Source: Candidatus Bipolaricaulota bacterium (lineage in GTDB: Bacteria; Bipolaricaulota; Bipolaricaulia; UBA7950; UBA9294). From it: a DNA stretch of 64,000 bases. Where the stretch lies: contig JBFMGK010000073.1 of the NCBI GenBank assembly GCA_040752575.1, positions 1 through 64,000 on the forward strand. The letters run 5' to 3'. Made by a program: the position numbers and the translations under genes. The notes beneath the pieces are model-generated. The model ran no database searches, was not told the DNA's origin, and worked only from the letters and a program-made list of their open reading frames with translations. This document shows, piece after piece, positions 1 through 9,741 of this stretch (positions are counted from its first letter, which is position 1; the number at the start of each line of letters is the position of its first letter).

Positions 1-127
1 GGCGAGCCCCTTCACCCCCCCCGGCACCGGGTGGTGCTAGCTGTCTGTACGGGAAGTATGACTTCGGTCACCCAGTCCAGGGAGGTCGCCGGCTCCCTCG
101 CCGAGGGACACGCGTCGGCGATGTGCG

Positions 128-1510
128 CTACGTTCGCGAAAGCCAAGCGTCGATCGCACGCGCCGCTCGCTTCCCGGCACCCATCGCCTCGATGACCGTC
201 GCCGCCCCCGTCACGATGTCGCCTCCCGCGTAGACGCCGGGCAAGCTCGTGGCTCCCGTCTCGGGGTCGGCTTGGATGTTCCCCCAACGCGTAAGGGCAA
301 GCCCCGGCGTGGTTCGCGGAACCAGCGGGTGCGGACCGTTGCCGATCGCGATGATCACCGCATCGGCCTCAAGCTCGAACTCCGAACCCGCGACGGCAAC
401 GGGGCGACGCCGCCCGCTCTCGTCCGCCTCGCCCAGCTCCATCTTCTGGCACCGCACGGATGCGACGCGTCCCCCATTCCCGACGAACTCGACCGGGTTC
501 GTCAAGAGGTGGAAGACGATCCCCTCCTCTTTCGCGTGATGCACCTCTTCTTGGCGTGCCGGAAGCTCGGCCTCGCTGCGGCGGTAGACGATCATCGACT
601 CCTCGGCGCCCAGCCGGAGCGCCGTTCGCGCGGCGTCCATCGCCACGTTGCCGCCGCCGACGGTCAGCGTGCGCCGCCCGACGCGGATGGGGGTGTCGAA
701 TTCCGGGAAACGATACGCTCTCATGAGATTCGCCCTGGTCAGAAACTCGTTCGCCGAGTACACGCCGTTCAGGCTCTCGCCCGGCACGCCGAGGAACTGC
801 GGCAGCCCGGCGCCGGTCCCAATGAAGACGGCCTCATAGCCATCGGCCAGGAGATCGCTCACGGTGGCCGACTGGCCGATGACCTGGTTCAGGCGGACCT
901 GTACGCCCATGCCGGCGAGGGCGTCGATCTCGCGTTTCACAATCGCCTTCGGAAGGCGGAACTCCGGGATTCCGTACATCAGGACGCCGCCCGCCGCATG
1001 CAGAAGCTCGAACACGGTCACGTCGTGGCCGAGTTTGCGAAGCTCTCCGGCCGCCGTGAGTCCGGCCGGGCCTGCGCCAATCACCGCGACGCGCCTCCCG
1101 GTGTCCGGAGCCATGGCCAGGCAGCAGGGTTCGTGTTCCGCTTCCCAGTCTGCGCAGAACCTCTCGAGTCGTCCGATGCCGACCGGCTCAAACCGCTTTG
1201 CGAGCGTGCACACCCCCTGGCACTGCGTCTCCTGCGGGCATACGCGGCCGCAGACTGCAGGGAGAGAGTTCGACGCTTTGATCGTCGAGATCGCCGCGGC
1301 GAAGTCCCCTACCTTAACGCGGCGCAGGAAGCCGGGGATATCGATCCCCACCGGGCAGCCCTGAACGCACGGGGCGTTGCGACAGTCAAGGCATCTCGCC
1401 GCCTCGGCGATCGCCTCCTCGGTCGTGTAGCCCAGAGGAACTTCGTCGAAGTTGCGCCGCCGAACGTCCGCCGGCTGCTCGCGCATCGGAGTCATCTTCT
1501 CGCGGCTCAT
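128..1510 (-). CDS. nfnB: NADH-dependent reduced ferredoxin:NADP+ oxidoreductase large subunit (NfnB/SudA, GltD-like)
   Basis: RCLDCRNAPCVQGCP and VCGRVCPQETQC Fe-S motifs, GAGPAG FAD and GGGNVAMD NADPH motifs. The start MSREK overlaps the nfnA stop (ATGA). Confidence 0.9.
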   Translation of the reverse strand: MSREKMTPMREQPADVRRRNFDEVPLGYTTEEAIAEAARCLDCRNAPCVQGCPVGIDIPGFLRRVKVGDFAAAISTIKASNSLPAVCGRVCPQETQCQGVCTLAKRFEPVGIGRLERFCADWEAEHEPCCLAMAPDTGRRVAVIGAGPAGLTAAGELRKLGHDVTVFELLHAAGGVLMYGIPEFRLPKAIVKREIDALAGMGVQVRLNQVIGQSATVSDLLADGYEAVFIGTGAGLPQFLGVPGESLNGVYSANEFLTRANLMRAYRFPEFDTPIRVGRRTLTVGGGNVAMDAARTALRLGAEESMIVYRRSEAELPARQEEVHHAKEEGIVFHLLTNPVEFVGNGGRVASVRCQKMELGEADESGRRRPVAVAGSEFELEADAVIIAIGNGPHPLVPRTTPGLALTRWGNIQADPETGATSLPGVYAGGDIVTGAATVIEAMGAGKRAARAIDAWLSRT

Positions 1511-2352
1511 CGACCCTCGGACTCCTTCCCCGCGAGATACCGTTCGAGCGAGCACACTTCTTCTTCGGCGTAGAAGCGCTGCCGCGACATCAGAAGATCG
1601 AAGTCGACTTCGTGGCCGTCGAACTCGGGGCCGTCGACGCACGCGAACTTCGTCGTTCGGCCGACCTCGACGCGGCATCCGCCACACATTCCGGTCCCGT
1701 CGATCATAATCGAGTTGAGACTCACGATGGTGCGCACGCCAAACTCGCGCGTGACCTGCGAGCAGACTTTCATCATGATGGCCGGGCCGATGGCCCAGAC
1801 GCGGCGGACCTCAGGCTGTGTCTCGAGAATCTGGCGCAAGGCGTCGCTCACGTAGCCCTTCGTCCCAGTTGAGCCATCGTCGGTCATGACGCGAAGCTCG
1901 TCGCACACGTCGCTCATCCGGTCCTCGTAGAACAGCAGCTCGCGGTTCCGCGCGCCGACGATCCCAAGAACTCGATTCCCCGCGCGGTGCAAGTCGCGGG
2001 CAATGGGAAAGAGCGGCGCGATGCCGAGGCCGCCGCCGACACAGACCACCGTGCCGTAGAGATCGATCTCCGAGGGGATGCCAAGCGGCCCGGCGACGTC
2101 GAGGATGGCGTCGCCGACCCCGTAGTTCTCGCCCATCTCGCGCGTGCTCTTGCCGACTTCCTGAACGACCAGCGTCACGCCCCCGGTCGCCCGGTCCGCG
2201 TCGACGATCGTCAGGGGAACGCGCTCGCCTCGCTCGTGAAGACGGATCACGACGAACTGCCCAGCTCGGCACGACCTGGCGACATCGGGCGCCTCGACCA
2301 CGTACTCCTGGATCGCCGGACCGAGCCGTCTCTTGTTTAGGATCCTGTACAA
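1507..2352 (-). CDS. nfnA: NfnA/SudB small subunit (FAD/NAD-binding, [2Fe-2S])
   Basis: GERVPLTIVD, GGGLGIAP, DGTGMCGGCRV...FACVDGPEF. TTG start after a GAGGAGG Shine-Dalgarno (SD). Confidence 0.9.
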   Translation of the reverse strand: MYRILNKRRLGPAIQEYVVEAPDVARSCRAGQFVVIRLHERGERVPLTIVDADRATGGVTLVVQEVGKSTREMGENYGVGDAILDVAGPLGIPSEIDLYGTVVCVGGGLGIAPLFPIARDLHRAGNRVLGIVGARNRELLFYEDRMSDVCDELRVMTDDGSTGTKGYVSDALRQILETQPEVRRVWAIGPAIMMKVCSQVTREFGVRTIVSLNSIMIDGTGMCGGCRVEVGRTTKFACVDGPEFDGHEVDFDLLMSRQRFYAEEEVCSLERYLAGKESEGR

Positions 2353-2462
2353 GGCCCCCTCCTCTTCGCATGGTGCGGCCGCTTCCGCGATTGTGTCGTT
2401 CCCCGCGGTCCGGCGCAACCACCGCCCGATCGCGACGCGAAGTACAATGCCGCGGTGATCGA

Positions 2463-3101
2463 ATGCGATACTACGTGGAGTCGGACGGGCGCGTCCTGCT
2501 CGTCCGACGCGGGCGAGAACTCGATCTCCCGGCACCCGACGAGATCAGCGTACCCGTCGACCGAATCGCTCGACTTCCCGTGGAGCCGGAAACGTGGTTC
2601 TGCGTTCCGCGGCTCGAAGCGCACCCGGCGGGGTGGCCGAGCAAGGACGAGGTCCCAACTCTGACGGACACGACACCGCTCGCTCGCGCGGCCGTGCACG
2701 CCACCATGCCGCGCGTCGTCGTCGAGGCGATCTGCATCGAGAACGGAGAGGTGCTTCTCGTCAAAGGCAGCCGCGGACTCAACGAGGGGCGCTGGTCTTT
2801 GCCTGGCGGCTTCCTGCGCTTCGGGGAAACGCCCGAAGACGGAGTCCTCCGCGAGGTTCTCGAGGAAGTCGGCGCCGAAGCCGACCTCGTGAGGCCGGCG
2901 GGGACGCGCAGCTGGCTGGGAGCAAGATCCGGGCTGCACTGGATCATGTTCTTCTACCGCATACGACTCCGCGGCCGACCCAACCCCAACCCCGATGAGA
3001 TCGCCGAGGCCGGCTACGTTCCGATCGCCGAGGCACGGCTCCGGTTGCATGACCCGGCGATGGCCGACGCCGTGTGCCGCGAAGCGGCCCGTTCCGACTA
3101 G
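2463..3101 (+). CDS. Nudix hydrolase with N-terminal extension
   Basis: Nudix box GFLRFGETPEDGVLREVLEEVGA. Confidence 0.85.
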   Translation: MRYYVESDGRVLLVRRGRELDLPAPDEISVPVDRIARLPVEPETWFCVPRLEAHPAGWPSKDEVPTLTDTTPLARAAVHATMPRVVVEAICIENGEVLLVKGSRGLNEGRWSLPGGFLRFGETPEDGVLREVLEEVGAEADLVRPAGTRSWLGARSGLHWIMFFYRIRLRGRPNPNPDEIAEAGYVPIAEARLRLHDPAMADAVCREAARSD

Positions 3102-4207
3102 ACGAGATCCATGCTGATCGAGAAGCGCACGTCGGTCAGCCACTCGAGGTAGTAAGGCCGCCGTTCCAGCGAGATCCCCAGCGTAACGCCCGCTTGCTCC
3201 AGCGGAGTCAGGACAAGGTCGAGCGTGATGCGATGGATGTCGGTAGGTTCTGCGACCCACGTCTCGCGAGAGAAGGCATACCCGACCCTCAACTCGAGGA
3301 ATCGCGTAATGAGGTAGTCGTAGGTCGCACTGAAGTCGACGCGGTTCGTGTCCTTGATCGACAAGGGACCGGAGAGCGACCCGCGAACGAGCAGCTGGGC
3401 GTTTGGTGTCGTTGTGAAGGCGTAGTTGAATCCCGCGGAGAGCAAGAGGTCACGCGGTCCTCCCGAGGGATCCAAGAGCTCGAAGCCGGCTCCGAGCTTG
3501 ACGTCCCAACCGCAATAGCGGGAAAACCCCTCCTCTTCGATCAGCTTGGTCAGGCGAGAGAGGTCGACGGCGTTGAGCCCGCCGGAACGCGCGCGGCCCG
3601 AACCTTCGATGATCTCCTGCACCGCGGAGAGGAGCGCGGCAAGCGACTCGTAGGTCTCGGCGCTCTCCAATTCGTAGGCGAGGATCTGAAGGTCGACGGG
3701 ATGAAGCGGACCGGAGAGAGCGCGCGTCCGCACGAGTTCGTCCTCGATGCGCGTCGCGAGTGCGAGCGGGGTGACGTCGGCGAACCGGCCGTAGCCAAGG
3801 CCGGCGGTGAGCGAGACGCCCAGCAGGGCAAAGGAGGACGAACTGCGGGCACTCGCTCCGGCAAACGCGAAGGCGTCGCTGTCTTCGATCCAGTATCGCT
3901 TGTAGTTGCCGTCTGCAACGGTCGTGTACTGCGACAGATCGAGCAACGAGACCTCCATCTCGCTCTCGAACTCGATGTCGAACCCATACTCGGCGGTGTC
4001 GTAGATGCGCGTGTAGTCGACGGCGAACCAACCGACGTTCGTGTCACGCTCGGCCGAACCGTAGGGATCGTTCGTGTACTGGTACGCGAACGACAGCGCC
4101 AGGTCGGAGAGGTCCGTGAGCGGCGATTGGTAGTCGCACAACGGCATCGCAGCCGTCGCCAGGGAGATCCACAGCACCGAGAGAAAGCCCCCTCGCGCGA
4201 TTCGCAT
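3098..4207 (-). CDS. Exported hypothetical protein, possibly an outer-membrane beta-barrel
   Basis: Signal-peptide-like N-terminus and many alternating aromatic/hydrophobic strands (LSFAYQY, AGFNYAF, ATYDYL, VGYAF) around a central helical insert. Confidence 0.6.
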   Translation of the reverse strand: MRIARGGFLSVLWISLATAAMPLCDYQSPLTDLSDLALSFAYQYTNDPYGSAERDTNVGWFAVDYTRIYDTAEYGFDIEFESEMEVSLLDLSQYTTVADGNYKRYWIEDSDAFAFAGASARSSSSFALLGVSLTAGLGYGRFADVTPLALATRIEDELVRTRALSGPLHPVDLQILAYELESAETYESLAALLSAVQEIIEGSGRARSGGLNAVDLSRLTKLIEEEGFSRYCGWDVKLGAGFELLDPSGGPRDLLLSAGFNYAFTTTPNAQLLVRGSLSGPLSIKDTNRVDFSATYDYLITRFLELRVGYAFSRETWVAEPTDIHRITLDLVLTPLEQAGVTLGISLERRPYYLEWLTDVRFSISMDLV

Positions 4208-4278
4208 CGAGATCACCTCGCTCCCAGGGTAGCCCCCCGCGCGGCGCACTCCACCGAAACCTTCCCTACGTCAGGTGC

Positions 4279-5385
4279 TCACTGTCCACGCTCCTCCGGG
4301 GGTCGTCTGTCGCCCTCGGAGACTCGTGGCAGTTCGAGTTGGCGCTGTTCCACGCCGCACAACCGAGCCACACCGACGCCCAGAAGCCGCACGCCGCGGT
4401 CATCGAGCAACGCGCTCTGCTGCAGGAGATGCACGACCGCCTCTTCGATCCGCGCCGCCGAATCCGTCGCCGCCGGGAGCCTGGCCTGGCGCGTCACGGT
4501 GTGGTAGTCGGGGTAGCGGAACTTGATCCGCACCATCCGGCAAAGCATCGCGCTGTGCCGCAGCTCGGCCGCGACGGCACGGGCGAGGCGGCGGACTTCG
4601 GCCTCGATGTCCTCGGCGCTCACGAGATCGACGTCGTACGTCACCTCGCGCGACAGGGAGAGAGATTCCGCGGGCGCAGCGACGGGCGTCTCGTCCTCGC
4701 CGCGCGAGAGCTCCTGCAGCCGCTGCCCCAGGCTGCCGAACTCGCGGACGAGGAGCTCGAGAGGGCTCGTCCGGAGATCGACGATCCTGAGGATGCCGAG
4801 TCCCTGGAGCCGTCGCTCAGTTGCCTCGCCGACGCCCCAGATTTCTCCAACGGGAAGAGGGTCAAGCACCTCGCGGACTCTCTCTGGCTCGATGACCAAG
4901 AAGCCATCGGGCTTCGATCGTTCCGACGCCATCTTGGCGAGAAACCGGTTCGGCGCGACGCCGACCGAGCAGGACAACCCCGTCACCGCACACACGTCGT
5001 GCTTGAGGCGCGCCGCGATGTCGCGGGCGGACGCACCGTGGACCGTCAGGTCGAGGAAGGCCTCATCGAGCGACGCCATCTCGAGAGCCGAGGTCGCCTG
5101 CTCCAGGATCTGCCTCACCTGGAGCGAGATCTCGTGGTATCGAGAGAATCGACCGGGAAGAAACACCGCGTGCGGACAGCGCTTCTGCGCAACCGCCATC
5201 GGCATGGCGCTGTGGACCCCAAAAGCTCGCGCTTCGTAGGACGCCGTGGAGACAACGCCGCGCGGCCCGAGCCCCCCGACGACTACGGGCCGCCCACGGT
5301 AGGCGGGTTCATCCAGCTGCTCGATCGACGCAAAGAACGCGTCCATGTCCAGGTGGCCGATCCACCGGCCTTCGCTCAACGGCAC
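4279..5385 (-). CDS. dinB: DNA polymerase IV (Y family)
   Basis: HLDMDAFFASIE, STASYEARAFGV, SLDEAFLD, and a C-terminal clamp-binding motif QLELP. Confidence 0.95.
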   Translation of the reverse strand: MPLSEGRWIGHLDMDAFFASIEQLDEPAYRGRPVVVGGLGPRGVVSTASYEARAFGVHSAMPMAVAQKRCPHAVFLPGRFSRYHEISLQVRQILEQATSALEMASLDEAFLDLTVHGASARDIAARLKHDVCAVTGLSCSVGVAPNRFLAKMASERSKPDGFLVIEPERVREVLDPLPVGEIWGVGEATERRLQGLGILRIVDLRTSPLELLVREFGSLGQRLQELSRGEDETPVAAPAESLSLSREVTYDVDLVSAEDIEAEVRRLARAVAAELRHSAMLCRMVRIKFRYPDYHTVTRQARLPAATDSAARIEEAVVHLLQQSALLDDRGVRLLGVGVARLCGVEQRQLELPRVSEGDRRPPEERGQ

Positions 5386-5447
5386 GTGAGCCTCTCCTTG
5401 GGCGGGGCAGGGCGGCCTACCGCGAGAACAGGGTAGAATCGCATCCT

Positions 5448-5999
5448 ATGACGATCAAGGGTCGCGTCGCCCTGACCGGCCGACCCGGCGTCGGCAAGAC
5501 CACGCTGATCGAGCGTGTCCTCGCCGAACTCGACGGCCGGATCGGTGGGTTTCTCACGCGCGAGACACGCAAGTGCGGTCATCGCATCGGCTTCTCGCTT
5601 CTCGACTTGTCTGCGGGCACCGAGACGCTCGTCGCCCGCGTCCAGGCGTCCGGCGCGCCGCGTGTCGGACGCTATGTCGTCGATGTCGCGGCAATCGATC
5701 GGGTCGGCGTCGGGGCCGTGCTTCGCGCCCTCGCGAACGCCGACCTCATCGTGATCGACGAAGTGGCCCCGATGGAGCTCTTGGCCCCGCGATTCGTCTA
5801 CGCCGTCGAACAGGCCCTCGCAAGCGACAAGGGTCTTCTGATCGCCACCCACGCCAACGCAACGCACCCGGTCGCGGACCGCGTCCGCCAGGAGCTTCAC
5901 CTGGTCCGCGTTCGCCTCGGGAACCGCGACGCGCTCGTCGAACAGGTCCGGTCTCTTCTCCACGGCGAGACTAGCGTTTCGCTCCCTCCCAATCCCTGA
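5448..5999 (+). CDS. Nucleoside triphosphatase (THEP1/HCR-NTPase family)
   Basis: [11 protein letters not shown]alker [26 protein letters not shown]. Confidence 0.9.
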   Translation: MTIKGRVALTGRPGVGKTTLIERVLAELDGRIGGFLTRETRKCGHRIGFSLLDLSAGTETLVARVQASGAPRVGRYVVDVAAIDRVGVGAVLRALANADLIVIDEVAPMELLAPRFVYAVEQALASDKGLLIATHANATHPVADRVRQELHLVRVRLGNRDALVEQVRSLLHGETSVSLPPNP

Positions 6000-6609
6000 G
6001 GAAGCGCTCGATGCCCTCGTCGGTCAGGGGGTGGCGAAAGAGCTGCCGCAAGACCGCGTGGGGAACGGTGGCGATGTCCGCCCCGAGCGAGGCCGCCTCG
6101 AAGACGTGCCGCGGATGGCGCACGCTGGCGACAATCACTTCCGTGGCCAACGCGTAGTTCGCGTAGACCGCCAGGATGTCCGCGACAAGATCCATTCCGG
6201 AGCCTCCGACGTCGTCGATCCGGCCCACGAAGGGGGAGACGTACGTCGCCCCACACTTCGCCGCAAGGAGGGCCTGGTTTGCCGAAAAGACAAGCGTGAC
6301 GTTCGTGGGCACCTCGGCGGCGGACAGCTCGCGCACGGCCTTCATGCCCTGTTCGGTCATCGGAATCTTGACCACGACCCTGCGGTCGAGCTTCGCAAGG
6401 CGCCGACCCTCCTCGACCATGACGTCAGCCTCGGTGGCCGTGACTTCGGCGCTCACGGGTCCGTCGACGATCTCGCAGATGCGGCGGATCGTCTCCTCGA
6501 ACGGGACTTTCTCCTTCGCTACGAGGCTCGGATTGGTCGTCGCCCCGTCGACCAGCCAGGCAACGTCCTTGATCTCGTCCAGGTTCGCGCTATCGATGAA
6601 CAGCTTCAC
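5971..6609 (-). CDS. fsa: Transaldolase / fructose-6-phosphate aldolase (Fsa/TalC family)
   Basis: [38 protein letters not shown]. Confidence 0.92.
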   Translation of the reverse strand: MKLFIDSANLDEIKDVAWLVDGATTNPSLVAKEKVPFEETIRRICEIVDGPVSAEVTATEADVMVEEGRRLAKLDRRVVVKIPMTEQGMKAVRELSAAEVPTNVTLVFSANQALLAAKCGATYVSPFVGRIDDVGGSGMDLVADILAVYANYALATEVIVASVRHPRHVFEAASLGADIATVPHAVLRQLFRHPLTDEGIERFLRDWEGAKR

Positions 6610-6734
6610 GGCTCCTCCTCTCCTCGCTTGCCCTGCCTCCGCGACCCATGCGCTCCGCCAGTGTACCGAACGCAGCCCCTCTCGGGTTGCACCTTTCGGA
6701 CCGGCGGGCTACGGTTTCCTAGGAGGGAGATGTC

Positions 6735-8120
6735 ATGAAGTCCGACCTGATCGTTGTCGGCGGTGGTCCCGGCGGATACGTCTGTGCGCTCCGCGCCGCA
6801 CAGCGCGGAATCAAGGTGGCCCTGGTCGAGGAGCGACACCTCGGGGGCGTCTGCCTCAACTGGGGCTGCATCCCGACGAAAGCCCTGTACGCCGCGACGC
6901 GTCTTCTGGACCGGGCTTCTTCGGCGTCGGAGATGGGGATCACGTTTGCGCCCGCCCGCGTCGACCTCGCTCGTCTGGCCGAATGGAAGGAAGGCGTCGT
7001 ACGCCGCCTCGCCGGCGGCATCGCCGATCTCCTGAACGCCGCGGGAGTGACGGTGTTCGAGGCGCGGGGAACCCTTGCGGGCAACGGGCGCGTGGCGCTC
7101 TCGACCGGGGAGACGCTCGAGGCTACGGCAATCGTCCTCGCGACGGGCTCGGCGCCCGTCGAAATCCCGCCTTTTCCCTTCTCGCACCCCCGCGTGTGGT
7201 CCTCGGACGATGCCCTGGCGCTTCCCGAAGTCCCGCGTCGTCTCGCCGTCATCGGGGGAGGCGTCGTCGGGCTCGAACTGGCGACGATCTACCGTCGCCT
7301 AGGAAGCGAGGTCACCGTGATCGAGCTTCTTCCGGACCTCCTGGCCTCGGTCGACCTGGACCGTCGCATCATGGCTCTCGTCAAGCGCGGACTCGTTGCA
7401 GCGGGCATCCAGGTGAAGACGGGCGTCAAGGCCACGGCGCTTGAAGAGCGCAATGGCGCAGCCGCTCTCGCCCTCTCGGATGGGACGGCGCTTCCCGTCG
7501 ACCGCGTATTGGTCGCGGTCGGCCGGCGCCCGCGGACATCGGACCTCGGTCTCGCCGAGGCTTCCGTTTCCCTCGACCCGCGTGGGTTTGTCGCCGTCGA
7601 CGAGCGTCACATGACCACAGCCGCGGGGATCTACGCCATCGGCGACATGGCGCCGGGGCCGATGCTCGCGCACAAGGCCTCCGCCGAGGGTCTCGCGCTC
7701 GCCGACCAGCTGGCGGGCGATGCTCCGAGAGCCCTTCGCGCCGAGGAGATTCCTCAAGCCGTGTTCACGGACCCCGAGGTGGCCTCGGTCGGGCTCTCGG
7801 AGCGCGCGGCACGCGACGCCGGCCACGAGGTGCTTGTCGGCCGATTCCCCTACGCCGCCTTGGGCAAAGCCCTCGGAATGCGCGAAGGCGAGGGGTCCTT
7901 CCAGGTCGTGGCCGATGCCGCGGACCGGCGGATCCTCGGGGCGGCGATCGTCGGCGCCGAGGCGTCCGACCTCATTGCCGAGGCCGCGGTCGCCGTGAGG
8001 TGCGGACTGACTCTCGACGACATCGCGCACACGGTGCACGCGCACCCTTCGCTGCCCGAGGGCTTTCTCGAGGCGGCGGAGCACGCTTTGGGGCGAGCGA
8101 TTCACACGACCAACCGCTAA
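6735..8120 (+). CDS. lpdA: Dihydrolipoamide dehydrogenase
   Basis: GGGPGGY, GGVCLNWGCIPTK redox disulfide, HAHPSLPE; SD AGGAGG. Confidence 0.93.
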   Translation: MKSDLIVVGGGPGGYVCALRAAQRGIKVALVEERHLGGVCLNWGCIPTKALYAATRLLDRASSASEMGITFAPARVDLARLAEWKEGVVRRLAGGIADLLNAAGVTVFEARGTLAGNGRVALSTGETLEATAIVLATGSAPVEIPPFPFSHPRVWSSDDALALPEVPRRLAVIGGGVVGLELATIYRRLGSEVTVIELLPDLLASVDLDRRIMALVKRGLVAAGIQVKTGVKATALEERNGAAALALSDGTALPVDRVLVAVGRRPRTSDLGLAEASVSLDPRGFVAVDERHMTTAAGIYAIGDMAPGPMLAHKASAEGLALADQLAGDAPRALRAEEIPQAVFTDPEVASVGLSERAARDAGHEVLVGRFPYAALGKALGMREGEGSFQVVADAADRRILGAAIVGAEASDLIAEAAVAVRCGLTLDDIAHTVHAHPSLPEGFLEAAEHALGRAIHTTNR

Positions 8121-8153
8121 GACGAGGGTTGGGGCGCGGTCGGAAGCGATCCC

Positions 8154-8894
8154 CTAGACCCTCGTCTTCCGGTCGATCTTCGCGCTCTCGTGCACGTCGG
8201 CGGATTCGCTGTACTCGAGAGAGCCAATGTGGCACCCCGGGCCGATGCGGACGCGCTTGCCGCGGACAACGTCGGCGGTCGTGTCCTCAAGGTGCACGTC
8301 ATCGCCCTCAATGGACGCAGCCTTGAGTTCCGCCATCCCACTTCCGGCGAACATTCTTACGAGGCCGTCGAAAAGGATGCCCCGCTCGCGGAACCCTCCT
8401 CGCAGGATCTCGATCTTCTCGCCGCCGATCTCGCGCGCATAACACTTGCCGCCGAGCTTCACCTCGATCCTGTCGGCCGTGAGCAGGCCATCAATCGTGA
8501 AACCGCCGGTCGCCTTGAAGATCTCGGCTTCGAGATCGCCTTCGACGTGGATGTGGCCGCTCACCTTGACGTACTCGGCCGCTATGCTCTTGGCAACGCG
8601 GAACGTCCCCGAGCACTTGAGTTCCTTCACCTTCGCCGCGCCGCCGATTCGGGCCGCCCCGCTCACCGACATCTCGTCCGCAGTCACCGTTCCGGCGAAC
8701 GACGCGCCGCCGGACACCGAGACCTGCGTAGCCTCGACGTTGCCGTCGACTTTGCCGGCGCCGGAAATGCGGAGTTCTTCGGCCTTCAAGTCGCCCGCCA
8801 CTTTGCCGGCGCCGGAGATCGAGACGCGAGTGTAGTCGCCGCCACTCAGCCTTCCGGCCCCGGACAGGCTGGCCGACCGCTTCTCGTCGCTCAT
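8154..8894 (-). CDS. Bactofilin-like / polymer-forming beta-helix protein (YhbE/YhbF-like)
   Basis: 17-residue repeats (ISGAGKVAGDLKAEELR / ISGAGKVDGNVEATQVS...), IEGDDVHLEDTTADVVRG; coupled to a yhbD-like gene. Confidence 0.8.
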   Translation of the reverse strand: MSDEKRSASLSGAGRLSGGDYTRVSISGAGKVAGDLKAEELRISGAGKVDGNVEATQVSVSGGASFAGTVTADEMSVSGAARIGGAAKVKELKCSGTFRVAKSIAAEYVKVSGHIHVEGDLEAEIFKATGGFTIDGLLTADRIEVKLGGKCYAREIGGEKIEILRGGFRERGILFDGLVRMFAGSGMAELKAASIEGDDVHLEDTTADVVRGKRVRIGPGCHIGSLEYSESADVHESAKIDRKTRV

Positions 8895-9601
8895 CGCTCC
8901 TCCTCTCTCTCGCTCTCCGTGCCCCCGCACGAACCTTCGTCGCCCTCGGCCAGGTCGAGTTTGATCCTCTCCAGCGCATCGCGCAGGTCGACAGCCTCTA
9001 CGCGCTCCACCTCGGGATCGAAGACCAGCTCGATCGGCCCCACGGCGACGAAACTGATCTCGGCCGAGATTCCCCCGGCAGAGAGACGCTTCCGCAAGAG
9101 GTGAAGGTGGAGCGTTCGCTCGCCGATGCGCTCGAGGAACGCCTCGTTGAGTTGCGCCTTGAGCGTGCGCTGCGCCATCGTCAGCTCCTCGGCCCTCGCC
9201 CGCGATCGCAGGCGGCTCGTCACGGCCACACAGAGCGCATCGCCGAGCGACAAGGCATCGCGTCCCGCCACTCCGCACGCCTCCAGCGCCGTCTCGTCCA
9301 TCCAGCTCGCCTTGCGCAGTCGATCGATCGCCACGTTGACCTTGGCGTGGATCTTCGAGGTGATCGCATCCGCCAGGTCGTCGAGCGGCAGGGAATCCTT
9401 CATCGTCTTGACGCGCTCGATCCGCTCGAGGATTTTGTCCCGCGGGAAGAAGGTCTCCTGGCCGGTGAACGTCGAGCGCCGCACGAACCACGATTCCGGA
9501 ATCAGACCCTTCCGCTTCCAGCGGTAGAGCTGGCCGTACGAGATCCCCGTGAGCTGCAGGACCTCCTTCTTGGCGATCAGGTTCTCTTCGTCGCTCGCCA
9601 T
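8891..9601 (-). CDS. YhbD/DUF4004 family protein (MerR-like HTH)
   Basis: IAKKEVLQLTGISYGQLYRWKRKGLIPESWFVRRSTFTGQETFFPR; SD GGAGG. Confidence 0.85.
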   Translation of the reverse strand: MASDEENLIAKKEVLQLTGISYGQLYRWKRKGLIPESWFVRRSTFTGQETFFPRDKILERIERVKTMKDSLPLDDLADAITSKIHAKVNVAIDRLRKASWMDETALEACGVAGRDALSLGDALCVAVTSRLRSRARAEELTMAQRTLKAQLNEAFLERIGERTLHLHLLRKRLSAGGISAEISFVAVGPIELVFDPEVERVEAVDLRDALERIKLDLAEGDEGSCGGTESEREEER

Positions 9602-9652
9602 GACACCTCCCATCCGGGCGCTTCGCGCCCCGTGTCGTTCGTCGACGGGAGG

Positions 9653-9681
9653 ATTGTAACAACACACTGTGTTATCGTCAA
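9653..9681 (-). promoter_or_regulatory. Sigma70 promoter of the yhbD-like operon with a palindrome in the spacer
   Basis: Minus strand TTGACG-17nt-TACAAT; the spacer contains AACACA-G-TGTGTT. Confidence 0.75.
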
Positions 9682-9741
9682 CGGGCGCGGCGCCCTCGAC
9701 CGCATCGGCTGCGCGGCAAGTCAAGATTCCGCGCGCCGTTT

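Noticed and set aside
128..1510. Glutamate synthase small subunit (gltD)
   Set aside because: There is no gltB nearby, and coupling to an NfnA/SudB-type gene indicates NfnAB.
8690..8830. Direct repeat ACTTTGCCGGCGCCGGA
   Set aside because: Explained by the coding beta-helix repeat SGAGKV.
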